NCBI GenBank assembly: GCA_001773135.1
Contig: MEVX01000006.1
Location: 26,515 to 90,514 of the forward strand
Reading direction: 5' to 3'
Length of the DNA: 64,000 bases
From: a candidate division WWE3 bacterium RIFOXYB1_FULL_43_24
GTDB lineage: Bacteria > Patescibacteriota > WWE3 > UBA101185 > UBA10185
In this document: positions 1 through 9,147 of the stretch, in pieces
Position numbering within the stretch: position 1 is the first letter of the stretch
Layout: the number at the start of each line of letters is the position of its first letter
Program-made: the position numbers and the translations under genes
The notes under the pieces: generated by a model
What the model saw: only the letters and a program-made list of their open reading frames with translations
Databases searched by the model: none
What the model was told of the DNA's origin: nothing

Positions 1-372
1 GGCGGCAGAGAACGGGAGTATATACTAGCCAACACGTTCGAGGCGGTGCTGGGCGCCCTTTACCTTGATAAAGGACTTGAAAAATGTAGGAAGTTCTTGG
101 AAAAAGAGCTTTTTTCCAAAATCTCCAATATAGTCGACAACGACATTTTTAAAGACTCGAAATCTCAATTCCAGGAAATGGCTCAGGACAAATTCGGCGT
201 AACCCCGGTTTACCAGATTATAGATTCCTGGGGGCCTGACCATGAAAAAACCTTTAAGATGGGCGTTTTCATAGGTAAAGAGAATTGGGGCATCGGAGAA
301 GGGAAGAGCAAACAAAGGGCAGAACAGGCAGCAGCAGAAAGTGGTTTAAAAAGGATGGAAAAGGGCGATTAA
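1..372 (+). CDS. rnc: Ribonuclease III, C-terminal part (5' truncated by window)
   Basis: Frame open from base 1: ILANTFEAVLGALYLD catalytic motif, then dsRBD (DSKSQFQE...GPDHEKTF...GEGKSKQRAEQAAA). Confidence 0.95.
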   Translation, partial: GGREREYILANTFEAVLGALYLDKGLEKCRKFLEKELFSKISNIVDNDIFKDSKSQFQEMAQDKFGVTPVYQIIDSWGPDHEKTFKMGVFIGKENWGIGEGKSKQRAEQAAAESGLKRMEKGD

Positions 373-389
373 AGGTTATTGTTGAGGTG

Positions 390-418
390 TAGACAACCCT
401 AACCCCATCTGCTAAAAT
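390..418 (+). promoter_or_regulatory. Sigma70-type promoter for rpsP operon
   Basis: TAGACA-N17-TAAAAT with TG extension, 9 nt before the rpsP ATG. Confidence 0.6.
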
Positions 419-427
419 CAACCAGTT

Positions 428-790
428 ATGTCGGTAACAATCAGATTAACAAGAACAGGACGAAAAAATTTACCATCTTACAGAGTGGTGGCTACGCAAA
501 CCAGAACTAAAAGAGACGGTAAGTATTTGGATTTAATCGGTTACTATAACCCGTCTCAGACCCCTGCTGCATTTGATTATGACAAGAAAAAATACCAGGA
601 TTGGATATCAAAAGGCGCTATCGTTTCGGACGCCGTGAAAAAAATGGTAGAAGGAAAATACGAATACACAAAGTACAGACCGGGTAAAGAAGAAGCTGCA
701 GAAAAAGGTTCTGATAAAGAAGCAGTACAAGAAAAACCCGCAGCCGAAGAAACCGCGCCCGCAGCCGAAGAAACTCCCGAACAGGCTTAA
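428..790 (+). CDS. rpsP: 30S ribosomal protein S16 with acidic C-terminal tail
   Basis: MSVTIRLTRTGRKNLPSYRVVA...RDGKYLDLIGYYNP. Confidence 0.97.
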   Translation: MSVTIRLTRTGRKNLPSYRVVATQTRTKRDGKYLDLIGYYNPSQTPAAFDYDKKKYQDWISKGAIVSDAVKKMVEGKYEYTKYRPGKEEAAEKGSDKEAVQEKPAAEETAPAAEETPEQA

Positions 791-791
791 T

Positions 792-1034
792 ATGAAAGAC
801 TTCATAACCTACATTGTCCGACAAATAGTATCCAATCCCGAAGCGATTGAAGTTGAGGAAATCAACGAAGAAGGCGTTTTCGTTTACACAATTTCCGCGG
901 CTAAAGAAGACATGGGTACGTTAATAGGCAAAGAAGGAAGAAACATCAAAAGCATCAGAAATATGGCTAAAGCTAAAGCAATCAAAGACGACATAAGAAT
1001 AAGTGTTAACATAAAAGAAGATGATCAGATTTAA
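792..1034 (+). CDS. khpA: KH-domain RNA-binding protein (KhpA/YlqC)
   Basis: DMGTLIGKEGRNIKSIR GxxG loop; lies between rpsP and trmD. Confidence 0.9.
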   Translation: MKDFITYIVRQIVSNPEAIEVEEINEEGVFVYTISAAKEDMGTLIGKEGRNIKSIRNMAKAKAIKDDIRISVNIKEDDQI

Positions 1035-1689
1035 CGTTCTCACTTTATTTCCCGAACTTATACAACCTCATTTAGAATTTTTACCTTTCAAAAGGGCGGT
1101 TGAGAAAGACGCAGCTGAATATAAACTTTGGAATTTGAGAAAATACGCCCGTGACAAACGCGGTACAGTTGACGATAAACCTTATGGAGGGGGCACCGGA
1201 ATGCTTCTAATGCCCGAACCTATTTACGACGCACTCCACGACATACATAATGAGCCGCCGGAAGATATTGTAAAAAGAAGTGCCGTGAGAATAATATTGC
1301 TATCTCCGCGGGGCAGGAAATACGACCAAAAATATGCGGGGGAACTATCAAAAGCACAGGAAATAACACTGATCTGCGGAAGATATGAGGGGGTGGACGC
1401 CAGAATAGAGGAAAATTACGTTACCGATGTAATAAGCATAGGCAACTACGTAATATCAGGTGGGGAAGTTCCGGCATTGGTAATTCTTGAAAGCGTTACA
1501 AGATTATTGCCTAATGTTATTGAAAAAGAGGACGCCATCACAAACGAGTCGTTCACAGAGGGCAACATCGAGTACCCCCAATACACAAGACCGGAAATAT
1601 TTAAAGATAAAAAGGTGCCGGACGTGCTTCTTTCCGGTAATCACAAAGAAATAGAGAAGTGGAAAAAAGAAAATTCTCCGTCGGCGTAA
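1021..1689 (+). CDS. trmD: tRNA (guanine37-N1)-methyltransferase
   Basis: VDDKPYGGGTGM, LICGRYEGVDAR, SIGNYVISGGE, EYPQYTRP. Confidence 0.97.
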   Translation: MIRFNVLTLFPELIQPHLEFLPFKRAVEKDAAEYKLWNLRKYARDKRGTVDDKPYGGGTGMLLMPEPIYDALHDIHNEPPEDIVKRSAVRIILLSPRGRKYDQKYAGELSKAQEITLICGRYEGVDARIEENYVTDVISIGNYVISGGEVPALVILESVTRLLPNVIEKEDAITNESFTEGNIEYPQYTRPEIFKDKKVPDVLLSGNHKEIEKWKKENSPSA

Positions 1690-1703
1690 TTATTAGTCAA
1701 AAA

Positions 1704-2576
1704 TTATAAGTCGAAAGGTGTCTCGGGTTCTGTTTCCGTCTGCTCTGTTTCCGTCTGCTCTACGGGCGCTTGTTCTGCGGGCACCTCAGCAGGAACAACC
1801 GATTCTTCCGTCTCTTCAACTTCTTCGTTGTTAACTATGTCCGGATTTAGAAATTCGTAGTATTTATAATCCTTTACACTATTCATAAATGCAACAAAAT
1901 CCGGGGAAGTAATATCGAGAGTAATAGGATCATCGGTAACCGCGATTGATTGAACGTACATATAAGGAGAATCGATGTTGACGTTAACGTTTAGCAGACC
2001 TTCCTGTTCCGCTGCTGAAGATTGACCAAACCTGAACGTGGTCACGTAGGCAATCCTCGCAGCTTTTTCAATTTCCTGCATAAACACCACCATTTGTTCG
2101 TGAGAACCGGTCACAGTCGCGGCGATATTAACAACCCCGCTTATGTCGTCTTTCCGCTGGTCTGAAGTAGCATCAGGATTCACACCTGTTGCCCCGGTAT
2201 AGGAATAATTCAAGCGATCGACGGCCATTCCGGCATTGGTTGCTATCTGATGTATTTGATCCAAAAGTTGGGGTACGTTGGACTCAGAGACGTAAAGCTT
2301 TTCAACAAGATCAGCATTTTCCTGTAATACAGTATTAAAATCTTTCATCTTCGATAGTGCTACCGACTTTTTATTTAGCACATCTAATACAGCAGTTTGG
2401 GTCACAAGCTGTGCTTTAAGTTCGGTTACTTTAGCATAGGTTGGTTTGATGTATGCAAAAAACAATACGGCGGTAACACCCAGTCCGATAATAGGGAAAA
2501 CAAAGTCCAGGATGACATCTTTTATTACGCCTATGTTTATATCTTTTATTTTACTTTCTATGTTTTCTTCGTTCAT
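1704..2576 (-). CDS. pilO: Type IV pilus alignment protein PilO-like
   Basis: N-terminal TM, coiled coil, ferredoxin-like core (VPQLLDQI...VTGSHEQMVVFMQEIEK); follows pilM-pilN. Confidence 0.75.
   Translation of the reverse strand: MNEENIESKIKDINIGVIKDVILDFVFPIIGLGVTAVLFFAYIKPTYAKVTELKAQLVTQTAVLDVLNKKSVALSKMKDFNTVLQENADLVEKLYVSESNVPQLLDQIHQIATNAGMAVDRLNYSYTGATGVNPDATSDQRKDDISGVVNIAATVTGSHEQMVVFMQEIEKAARIAYVTTFRFGQSSAAEQEGLLNVNVNIDSPYMYVQSIAVTDDPITLDITSPDFVAFMNSVKDYKYYEFLNPDIVNNEEVEETEESVVPAEVPAEQAPVEQTETEQTETEPETPFDL
1729..1758. repeat. 15-bp tandem duplication encoding EQTET x2 in the PilO acidic tail
   Basis: TCTGTTTCCGTCTGC x2. Confidence 0.8.
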
Positions 2577-3148
2577 AGTTTTATTTTTGATGTATCGTAG
2601 TTAATTACAATAAAGAATCTGACAGTGCTTTTATTTTGATCGAGAGTTACAGAGTTAAGCTTTACTTCTGCAAATAACTCTTTTAACTCGGGGTCTCCGC
2701 CGGGAAAATCTTTATTTAAAAGACTGTTAATAAAATTAGCTATTAAAATGTAGTTGTCAGCGTCACCGGTATAATTAATTATCCCGTCCTTCACATCCAT
2801 AGCCTCTATTCTTATACCTTCCGGCTGTCTTACCTTAAGTTCTGAAAGCAGACGCGAATAATGAGGCCTGTCAGCTATAAACTTGGAGATGGAGTTGTAT
2901 TTTTTATCCAAATTCCTTACAACAACCTCGGTGGCTGAGAGGGATTTTATTTTGTTTCGTTGAGTATCAATCTGAGAATTCACATCATTAACTTTTGCAG
3001 AAATCTCTGAATGTGTGTAGTAAAGATATCCGGAAACACCCAAACCTACAACCGTGAGTAAGAAAAAGAATATGGTAGTGCCTTTAACCGCTTTCCCTTT
3101 AGCCTGATATTGTACCTCCTCCTGGGGAATAAGATTGATATTTTCCAT
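2573..3148 (-). CDS. pilN: Type IV pilus alignment protein PilN
   Basis: N-terminal INLIP PilM-binding motif, TM, coiled coil. Confidence 0.88.
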   Translation of the reverse strand: MENINLIPQEEVQYQAKGKAVKGTTIFFFLLTVVGLGVSGYLYYTHSEISAKVNDVNSQIDTQRNKIKSLSATEVVVRNLDKKYNSISKFIADRPHYSRLLSELKVRQPEGIRIEAMDVKDGIINYTGDADNYILIANFINSLLNKDFPGGDPELKELFAEVKLNSVTLDQNKSTVRFFIVINYDTSKIKL

Positions 3149-4180
3149 TTAAACCTCCCTCAGGGCAAGGCCCACGGCTGTTGAATACATGGGACCGTCC
3201 TGACTCAAATCCTTTCTTCTAGGCTCTAATTTAGGTGAAAACTGGAAATTGGCCAACGGGTTGGCGAGTTGGACTTCAAAATCAACATTTTTTGCTACGT
3301 AAGTTAAAAGCTCAGGCATTAGGGCAGTTCCTCCTGTTAATATCAACCTCTTAATCGTAGCAGAGCTGTTGTGTTTTGTGAAGAAAACCGTAGCCCTTTT
3401 TATTTCAAGAATTAAGTTGTCCATTACCGGTCTAATAACGTTAAATATCTTACCTTCGGCCTGCATAGGATCCATACCGTAAACTTTTTTGTACTCTTCG
3501 GCCTGTTGAATATCCAAATTTAATTCCTGTTGTATTGCCTTTGTAATTATGTCCCCGCCTACCGGAATACTCCTGGTAAAACGTACGGCGCCTCCGTATG
3601 TAACAACAATTATCGATCCTGAAAATCCCATATCTACCACAATAGTACCGAGAGGAGCGGCTGCAGAATCCCCTAAAACCCTACCAAGCGCCAAAGTTTC
3701 GGGTTCTATTGCATACGGCACAAGCTTTGCTTTCTTGGCAATGGCGACGTACCTTTCCAAAACTTCTTTCTTGGCAGCGACCACTTGGACATTTATTTTA
3801 TCTTTTTCTGTGAGGTCCGGATCCAGTCTCTGGTACGAAAGATTTATCTGATCAAGGGGTAGAGGAATATATTGCTCGGCTTCGTACTTAACAGCACTTT
3901 TAAGCTCTTTATCGCTCATAGCCGGAACCTTTATAACACGCATAAAAACCTGGCTTTCGTCTAGCCCCATTACGACGTGGGATGTCCCGAAATCCATTTC
4001 CTTAAAAAATTCGGCTATATGCTCTGCTATAGAGTCCAAATCTTCTTTTTTATCGGATAGAAAATTGACCTTTGGATTTTCGTAAGTGCCAATATTTGAG
4101 ATTATCAGCCCTTCCTTACGTTTATCGAGCTCTACGGCTCTAAATGTGCTTCTTCCAAAATTTAAACCTACGATGGGCAT
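3149..4180 (-). CDS. pilM: Type IV pilus assembly protein PilM (actin-like)
   Basis: VGLNFG, EAEQYIPLPL, VVDMG, IPVGGDIITKAI, ILTGGTALMP, AVGLALR. Confidence 0.93.
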   Translation of the reverse strand: MPIVGLNFGRSTFRAVELDKRKEGLIISNIGTYENPKVNFLSDKKEDLDSIAEHIAEFFKEMDFGTSHVVMGLDESQVFMRVIKVPAMSDKELKSAVKYEAEQYIPLPLDQINLSYQRLDPDLTEKDKINVQVVAAKKEVLERYVAIAKKAKLVPYAIEPETLALGRVLGDSAAAPLGTIVVDMGFSGSIIVVTYGGAVRFTRSIPVGGDIITKAIQQELNLDIQQAEEYKKVYGMDPMQAEGKIFNVIRPVMDNLILEIKRATVFFTKHNSSATIKRLILTGGTALMPELLTYVAKNVDFEVQLANPLANFQFSPKLEPRRKDLSQDGPMYSTAVGLALREV

Positions 4181-4248
4181 ATTAAGATTCTACTATCCTT
4201 TCAAGGCTCATACAAGACTGATTTATCACTATTTTTCGTCTATTTGTG

Positions 4249-5070
4249 TCACTGGGCGTAGCTGTTGGTAAGGTCGGAGGTTTCGCTGGTTTGAAGTAGG
4301 GCATAATCGAAAAAAGCCGGAGCCATCGGATCTGTTTTAAGAACAACGATATGTTTTACAGATCCCCCCGAATAACCACGGGCGTCCAAAATTATTCCTT
4401 GTCTGGGTATGGTTTGCCCGATAGCGGGTACTGCGTATAAAACAGCCTGCTCGTAGTAAGGTTTTATGCGCACGTATTCGGGAGTTCCCGTAGCTGTAAT
4501 GGTAAAACAATTTGGATAACCGTGGTTAGCTCCTGCAGAATCAAATCCATTCTCACTATAAGAAGACGACACCGAATTCACCGCGAAAGAGTTTAGCATG
4601 GTGACCCCGGCCTCTTCGTAAATATAGGCAGCGTGTACCGAGGAAGCCCCGTACCAACAAATATCGAGAGGGGATCCAGAAGCATATCCTAAAAGATTAA
4701 TTTGGCCCGCTTCACCGGACTCCAAATTCAACGAAAAAGGATCCGTGGTGTTTCCCGAATACTCCAACGACACATTCGCACTAACAATATTACCGTTGGG
4801 CTCAGTTATGCTGTAAGTACAGGCGTTTCCGCAGTTTCCAAATGCTATATATTCTTCCAGCGTTTCGTTCGGGACGACAAGAAGACGTTCTATTATCGCC
4901 TCTGCGGCCTTGAGAGCTTTCACACTATCGTCTGTCCTAACCAAACCTTTAAACGCACTTATAAAACGATTTGAGATGGTTATACCTATCGTAGTTGAAA
5001 CAATCATTAAAAAGACCATTACCACAAGAGTCTGCCCTGAATTGTTTTTAAAAATTGAAAAGTCTTTCAT
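4249..5070 (-). CDS. PilX/GspK-like minor pilin (start moved to ATG 5070)
   Basis: Class III signal SG|QTLVV lacking Glu5; ALKAAEA helix; last gene of a fimT-pilV-pilW-pilX-like order. Confidence 0.75.
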   Translation of the reverse strand: MKDFSIFKNNSGQTLVVMVFLMIVSTTIGITISNRFISAFKGLVRTDDSVKALKAAEAIIERLLVVPNETLEEYIAFGNCGNACTYSITEPNGNIVSANVSLEYSGNTTDPFSLNLESGEAGQINLLGYASGSPLDICWYGASSVHAAYIYEEAGVTMLNSFAVNSVSSSYSENGFDSAGANHGYPNCFTITATGTPEYVRIKPYYEQAVLYAVPAIGQTIPRQGIILDARGYSGGSVKHIVVLKTDPMAPAFFDYALLQTSETSDLTNSYAQ

Positions 5071-5081
5071 ATCGATAGAAC

Positions 5082-5606
5082 TTAATAGTTTCTGGGAGAA
5101 ACCACATTTATAATGTCCGCGTATTCGTGGCTGTTCCCCAGAGCAGGTGTGAATCTGATATGCATCATTACTGTTTGCGGGGCAACTTCTCCTACCACAG
5201 AAAAACAATTGCCTCCGTATGATGGACACGAAACGAGTATGCCGCTGATCCCGTCGGTGTTAGTTAGAGGTGTGATTGTGGTAGGAGAATACTCTACCTG
5301 TAAAATATTCCCATAAACCCGGTATGTGACACTCACACCATCTTCTTTCTGTATAACAAGAGCGTTAGTATAACCCACAGGACTCACACCTTCAGAACTT
5401 CTTATCTCGCGTTCAAGCTTTAAACCCACAAAATTTGCTTGTTGCTCAACTTCATTTTTAATCTGAGTTTTATTGTAACTGCGGACAAGAGAAACCAATA
5501 TGTCGCTCGTCACTCCGATTGAGATTCCAAGCAGAGCAATTACTACCAATAGCTCCACCAAAGTGAAACCGCTGTCTTTTCTTTTAAGATTAGGTTTTCT
5601 ATTCAT
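5082..5606 (-). CDS. PilW/GspJ-like minor pilin (start 5606 or 5618)
   Basis: SG|FTLVELLVVIAL; KLEREIRS motif. Confidence 0.85.
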   Translation of the reverse strand: MNRKPNLKRKDSGFTLVELLVVIALLGISIGVTSDILVSLVRSYNKTQIKNEVEQQANFVGLKLEREIRSSEGVSPVGYTNALVIQKEDGVSVTYRVYGNILQVEYSPTTITPLTNTDGISGILVSCPSYGGNCFSVVGEVAPQTVMMHIRFTPALGNSHEYADIINVVSPRNY

Positions 5607-6067
5607 TTTTGTTGCCAATTCGTAAGGTCAGAATATACAAAAGTTTTTTTGTTCTGGCCGCCTATGTCCCAGTCCGACTGCACGGTCACGTGGATAACCA
5701 TGTTACCGGGTTCAGCCGTAGTAAAAAATCGGGTACTTATGGCAGTGGCTCCCGCCATAGTTACTTTCTGACCGGGCTTTACTACACCTAAAGTAGGCAT
5801 AGTTACATAACACCCGCTCGGAGGGGCACATCCTGTCACCGCAGAAACAAAATCTACCCAAACACTTCCATCTCTATAGGCACGGAGCAATTCCATTTGC
5901 GTGTTGGCTGCTTTTGTACCTTCCATCAATAATGTACTCTGCAGAGATGTCCTTAGTGAAAACAATGTAAGGGAGAGTAGGGAAGTGATGACTACGACAG
6001 AAATCCCCAGCGCGGCTATGACCTCAACCAGTCCTAACCCATCTTGTTGTTTAATAATTTGCTTCAT
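5603..6067 (-). CDS. PilV/GspI-like minor pilin
   Basis: DG|LGLVEVIAAL; QMELLR; C-terminal VTVQSDW...LTNW. Confidence 0.8.
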   Translation of the reverse strand: MKQIIKQQDGLGLVEVIAALGISVVVITSLLSLTLFSLRTSLQSTLLMEGTKAANTQMELLRAYRDGSVWVDFVSAVTGCAPPSGCYVTMPTLGVVKPGQKVTMAGATAISTRFFTTAEPGNMVIHVTVQSDWDIGGQNKKTFVYSDLTNWQQK

Positions 6068-6072
6068 ATTTT

Positions 6073-6621
6073 TTAATTTGCGTTTTTAATTAAACCGGCA
6101 CGGTTGATAAAAATATCTTTCGAGACTGTGCTGGAAGTATGAAAGAGCCTGATAGTGGTGTTCGGGATGGGCGTCATAACAGCACCGATTCTTTCCAGCA
6201 CCGAACCGTCCTCCATACTAAATAAAAGGCAATGCACGCCGGACGAAGAAATGGAAACATTGACCGGAAGCTCGGTAGTTTGTTGGAGTGACGTGCCCGG
6301 ATCGGTGGTCAAACAAGTACCGGACGAAGTTAGATAAAAACTGTAGGCTGTATTATATCCCGTCGTGGATGAATAAGAGACCGCCCAATACCGGGCGGGA
6401 ACTCCGTTCAGGATTGAATCAGAACCTGTTCCTGTCAACGCCCTATTTTGCAGGCTCCTCAAGTCACTCTTCAAATTCTCCTGGGCCTGCTTCAAAGTTT
6501 GGTTTCTCGTGTAAGATGAAAAAGACGGAATCACTATTCCTGACACTATTGCTAAAATCGAAACAACGATCATCAACTCTACCAATGTAAATCCTTTATC
6601 AGCTGGGTGGGGCAGTTTCAT
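6073..6621 (-). CDS. FimT/GspH-like minor pilin
   Basis: KG|FTLVELMIVVSI; LKSDLRSLQNRAL; C-terminal INRAGLI. Confidence 0.85.
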   Translation of the reverse strand: MKLPHPADKGFTLVELMIVVSILAIVSGIVIPSFSSYTRNQTLKQAQENLKSDLRSLQNRALTGTGSDSILNGVPARYWAVSYSSTTGYNTAYSFYLTSSGTCLTTDPGTSLQQTTELPVNVSISSSGVHCLLFSMEDGSVLERIGAVMTPIPNTTIRLFHTSSTVSKDIFINRAGLIKNAN

Positions 6622-6642
6622 ATGTAAATACTATCACAAAAA

Positions 6643-7134
6643 TTATAGCGTAATCAGCAGTAAGTTTGTCCCCAATTCATATTTGAGAGGATCGTTTCCA
6701 CCGTCCTCCGATGCTTTATCCAAGAGCTGTTCAAGGCGTGTGCTTACTTCGTAATCAACGTTATTGTGAAAATATTCATAATGATAAGTAGCGTCGTTTA
6801 CAGGGTCGGTGGGATATCTTGAAAAGTAATCCGAGAGGTCAACCGGCACCCACCCCGATAGGGCCGAGTACAAATCAGGCGAACCTGCCGGAAGATAGTT
6901 ACTGGAGTACAAAAAATTTTCTAATCCCGGGTATCGACCGTAATCCAGCCTATACTCGTTTATCGCTCGATCCAGTGTTGAGATGTCCGATAATCTTTTG
7001 TTATCTCTAGCTTTTCCTTTTGAAGAAACCGGTGATATTAGAGAGATAGTAACACCTATAAGTATGAGCAAAATTGCCATAACAATAGTAATTTCCAGGA
7101 GAGTAAAACCGTTGGATTTAGAATTCCGTTTCAT
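6643..7134 (-). CDS. Type IV pilin, GspG-like (start 7134 or 7164)
   Basis: NG|FTLLEITIVMAI; KARDNKRLSDI; YPTDP. Confidence 0.87.
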   Translation of the reverse strand: MKRNSKSNGFTLLEITIVMAILLILIGVTISLISPVSSKGKARDNKRLSDISTLDRAINEYRLDYGRYPGLENFLYSSNYLPAGSPDLYSALSGWVPVDLSDYFSRYPTDPVNDATYHYEYFHNNVDYEVSTRLEQLLDKASEDGGNDPLKYELGTNLLLITL

Positions 7135-7136
7135 TT

Positions 7137-7640
7137 TTAAAAGGGGTTTTGAACGGCGTGACAATTAGTGGTACAGCTACTACACCCGTAGGTAGTGCAA
7201 TTACTTACTTTGTTACAGGGTACATAATCCACGCTGGTTGTTTCCATTTTAGCTACAAGTACGTAGTTGCTGCCGCCACTTCTGTAGTAGTATCCAAAAT
7301 TATTCGTGCAGGAAAATGTTGCAGAAAAACCGTTAGGGTCAACAGGGAGTGTGCCACTATAGTAACTGGATAGGGGGGCGGCGAGCGCCGCAGGAACTGT
7401 CATCCAACCGGCGGGAGTAGCGGGGTAATTACGAAAATCAGCAAATCTAAGCTCCAAAGCCGTTTGGATCTTTTTTAAGTCAGCCACCCTTATAGCATCT
7501 CTTGAACGGGCTCTCAGTTGAGCAGGATTTATGACTGTTATTACCAATCCGCTAAGTATTCCCACAACTGCCATCACTATCATAATTTCTACAAGGGAGA
7601 AACCTTTTATTTTACGTCCATTCAGAAATAAATTATCCAT
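7137..7640 (-). CDS. Type IV pilin, GspG-like, Cys-rich C-terminus
   Basis: KG|FSLVEIMIVMAV; RSRDAIRVADLKKIQTALE; LPVDP. Confidence 0.88.
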   Translation of the reverse strand: MDNLFLNGRKIKGFSLVEIMIVMAVVGILSGLVITVINPAQLRARSRDAIRVADLKKIQTALELRFADFRNYPATPAGWMTVPAALAAPLSSYYSGTLPVDPNGFSATFSCTNNFGYYYRSGGSNYVLVAKMETTSVDYVPCNKVSNCTTYGCSSCTTNCHAVQNPF

Positions 7641-7654
7641 ATATTAACAATTAA

Positions 7655-7676
7655 CAAAGCCCCGCCGGAGCGGGGC
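7655..7676 (-). terminator. Intrinsic terminator after pilin 7685..8125
   Basis: GCCCCGC-CGGA-GCGGGGC hairpin followed by TTTG on the minus strand. Confidence 0.65.
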
Positions 7677-7684
7677 AGGTGTCC

Positions 7685-8125
7685 TTATAAAGCTAAGCAA
7701 TTAGCGTTTCCGCTTGTAGCTGATGCAGTACCTTGTGTTACGTTATAGGAACAGCTGAAAACACACGGGTTTGTCCCGGAGGCTGTACCAGTCACAACAA
7801 TATTCGGGGGTGTGCTGTAATTAATCCCGTATACCGAGCCCGTAGGGTTACCGTTAGGTTGGGTAGCACTAATACCTTCGAAAGTTATACAAGCGACCTC
7901 GGGGTTAAGTCTGGTAGCGGCACAGGCCTGCATCGCGTAACAAACCTTATCCGTGTTTGCGCGCATAACTGTCTCAGCTGATCTTCTTCTTACCTGAGCC
8001 GGATTGATAACTGCGATAACAATACCTGATAAAATACCGATGATCACAATAACGAGCAAAAGTTCAATAAGCGTAAAACCAGAAGCATCTATGAGCTGAG
8101 GATTTCTCTTAAATAATCGTCTCAT
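7685..8125 (-). CDS. Type IV pilin, major-pilin candidate
   Basis: SG|FTLIELLLVIVIIGIL; six Cys; own promoter, strong SD and terminator. Confidence 0.88.
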   Translation of the reverse strand: MRRLFKRNPQLIDASGFTLIELLLVIVIIGILSGIVIAVINPAQVRRRSAETVMRANTDKVCYAMQACAATRLNPEVACITFEGISATQPNGNPTGSVYGINYSTPPNIVVTGTASGTNPCVFSCSYNVTQGTASATSGNANCLAL

Positions 8126-8207
8126 CTGCTTCTCACCCCCCTCCTTCTATCTAATCCAATTCTAGATTTTAAAATCAATTTAGGCAGTATAAGCATTTTC
8201 TTACTAA

Positions 8208-8236
8208 ATTATGACTTCGCACATAATCGGTGTCAA
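8208..8236 (-). promoter_or_regulatory. Sigma70 promoter for pilin 7685..8125
   Basis: Minus strand TTGACA-N17-CATAAT; SD AGGAGGGGGGTGA upstream of the ATG. Confidence 0.65.
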
Positions 8237-8270
8237 TACGATTCCCTCGATTTAAAACTATTTCTGCACA

Positions 8271-9146
8271 TTAGGGCACGTCGTTGTTAGAGAATAACGC
8301 GTAGTCAAAAAAAGACGGGGCAGTGTTAAAGGATCTATAAACAACTATCGCCTTTGTAGTACTAATATCTCCATCCTGAACCAGCTCTCCCCTTGAGTAG
8401 AGTCTGTACCCCTGTGTCGGGAGCGAAGTGGGATTCACGGGAACTACGGCTATTCTTGATCCCTGAAAAAAGGTTCTGACCCTGAGGCCCGTCATGCCTA
8501 TGACAGTAATATCGTGGCAGTAGGGTAGGGGATATCCTTCCCGGACAGCTTCGCTTGTCCCGTCCGTAAATCCTGTAGAAGAGATGTTCGAAATAAAAGC
8601 GCTAACGGAGGTTTTCAAAAAATTCCGCTCTGTTACAGAGGGACCATATAAAATATATTCAACGGCAGCATTGGCGTTTTCCCAGCAGAGTCTAATTAAA
8701 CTCATCCCCGTTATTTCAATATTTTTGGTCTGGTTTGGAGAAAGATCCACCGCATAGTAACTTGTACTCCCGATTATACCGGTGTGGTTAAAAGTTTGAG
8801 AACTCAGGACGGCTCTGGATTCGATTTCATCCGATGCAGCTTTTGTAAAATTCAGGATACAACGTGTGGAGTCACCCGCAATAGGAGTAAAACCCATTTC
8901 CGTACAATCCGGTGTTTTACTTGATAACCTATCTAAAAATCTGGTGGGTTGGTCCAGCAATCTGTCAATTCCGCCTTCTGCAGCAGCAAACACCCTTGTC
9001 GAAGTATCAGACCTGGGAGCCCGGGAGGACAACTGCAAAGTCCTGCTACTCAAAGCCACTCCTACAGATAAAGCGATAGTCAGGGCAACTAAGACAAATA
9101 AAAGTGCCTGTCCGTTATTATTTAATTTCCCAAACTGTCCTTTCAT
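8271..9146 (-). CDS. Second PilX-like minor pilin (start moved to ATG 9146)
   Basis: NG|QALLFVLV lacking Glu5; RVFAAAEGGI; C-terminal FFDYAL shared with 4249..5070. Confidence 0.78.
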   Translation of the reverse strand: MKGQFGKLNNNGQALLFVLVALTIALSVGVALSSRTLQLSSRAPRSDTSTRVFAAAEGGIDRLLDQPTRFLDRLSSKTPDCTEMGFTPIAGDSTRCILNFTKAASDEIESRAVLSSQTFNHTGIIGSTSYYAVDLSPNQTKNIEITGMSLIRLCWENANAAVEYILYGPSVTERNFLKTSVSAFISNISSTGFTDGTSEAVREGYPLPYCHDITVIGMTGLRVRTFFQGSRIAVVPVNPTSLPTQGYRLYSRGELVQDGDISTTKAIVVYRSFNTAPSFFDYALFSNNDVP

Positions 9147-9147
9147 A

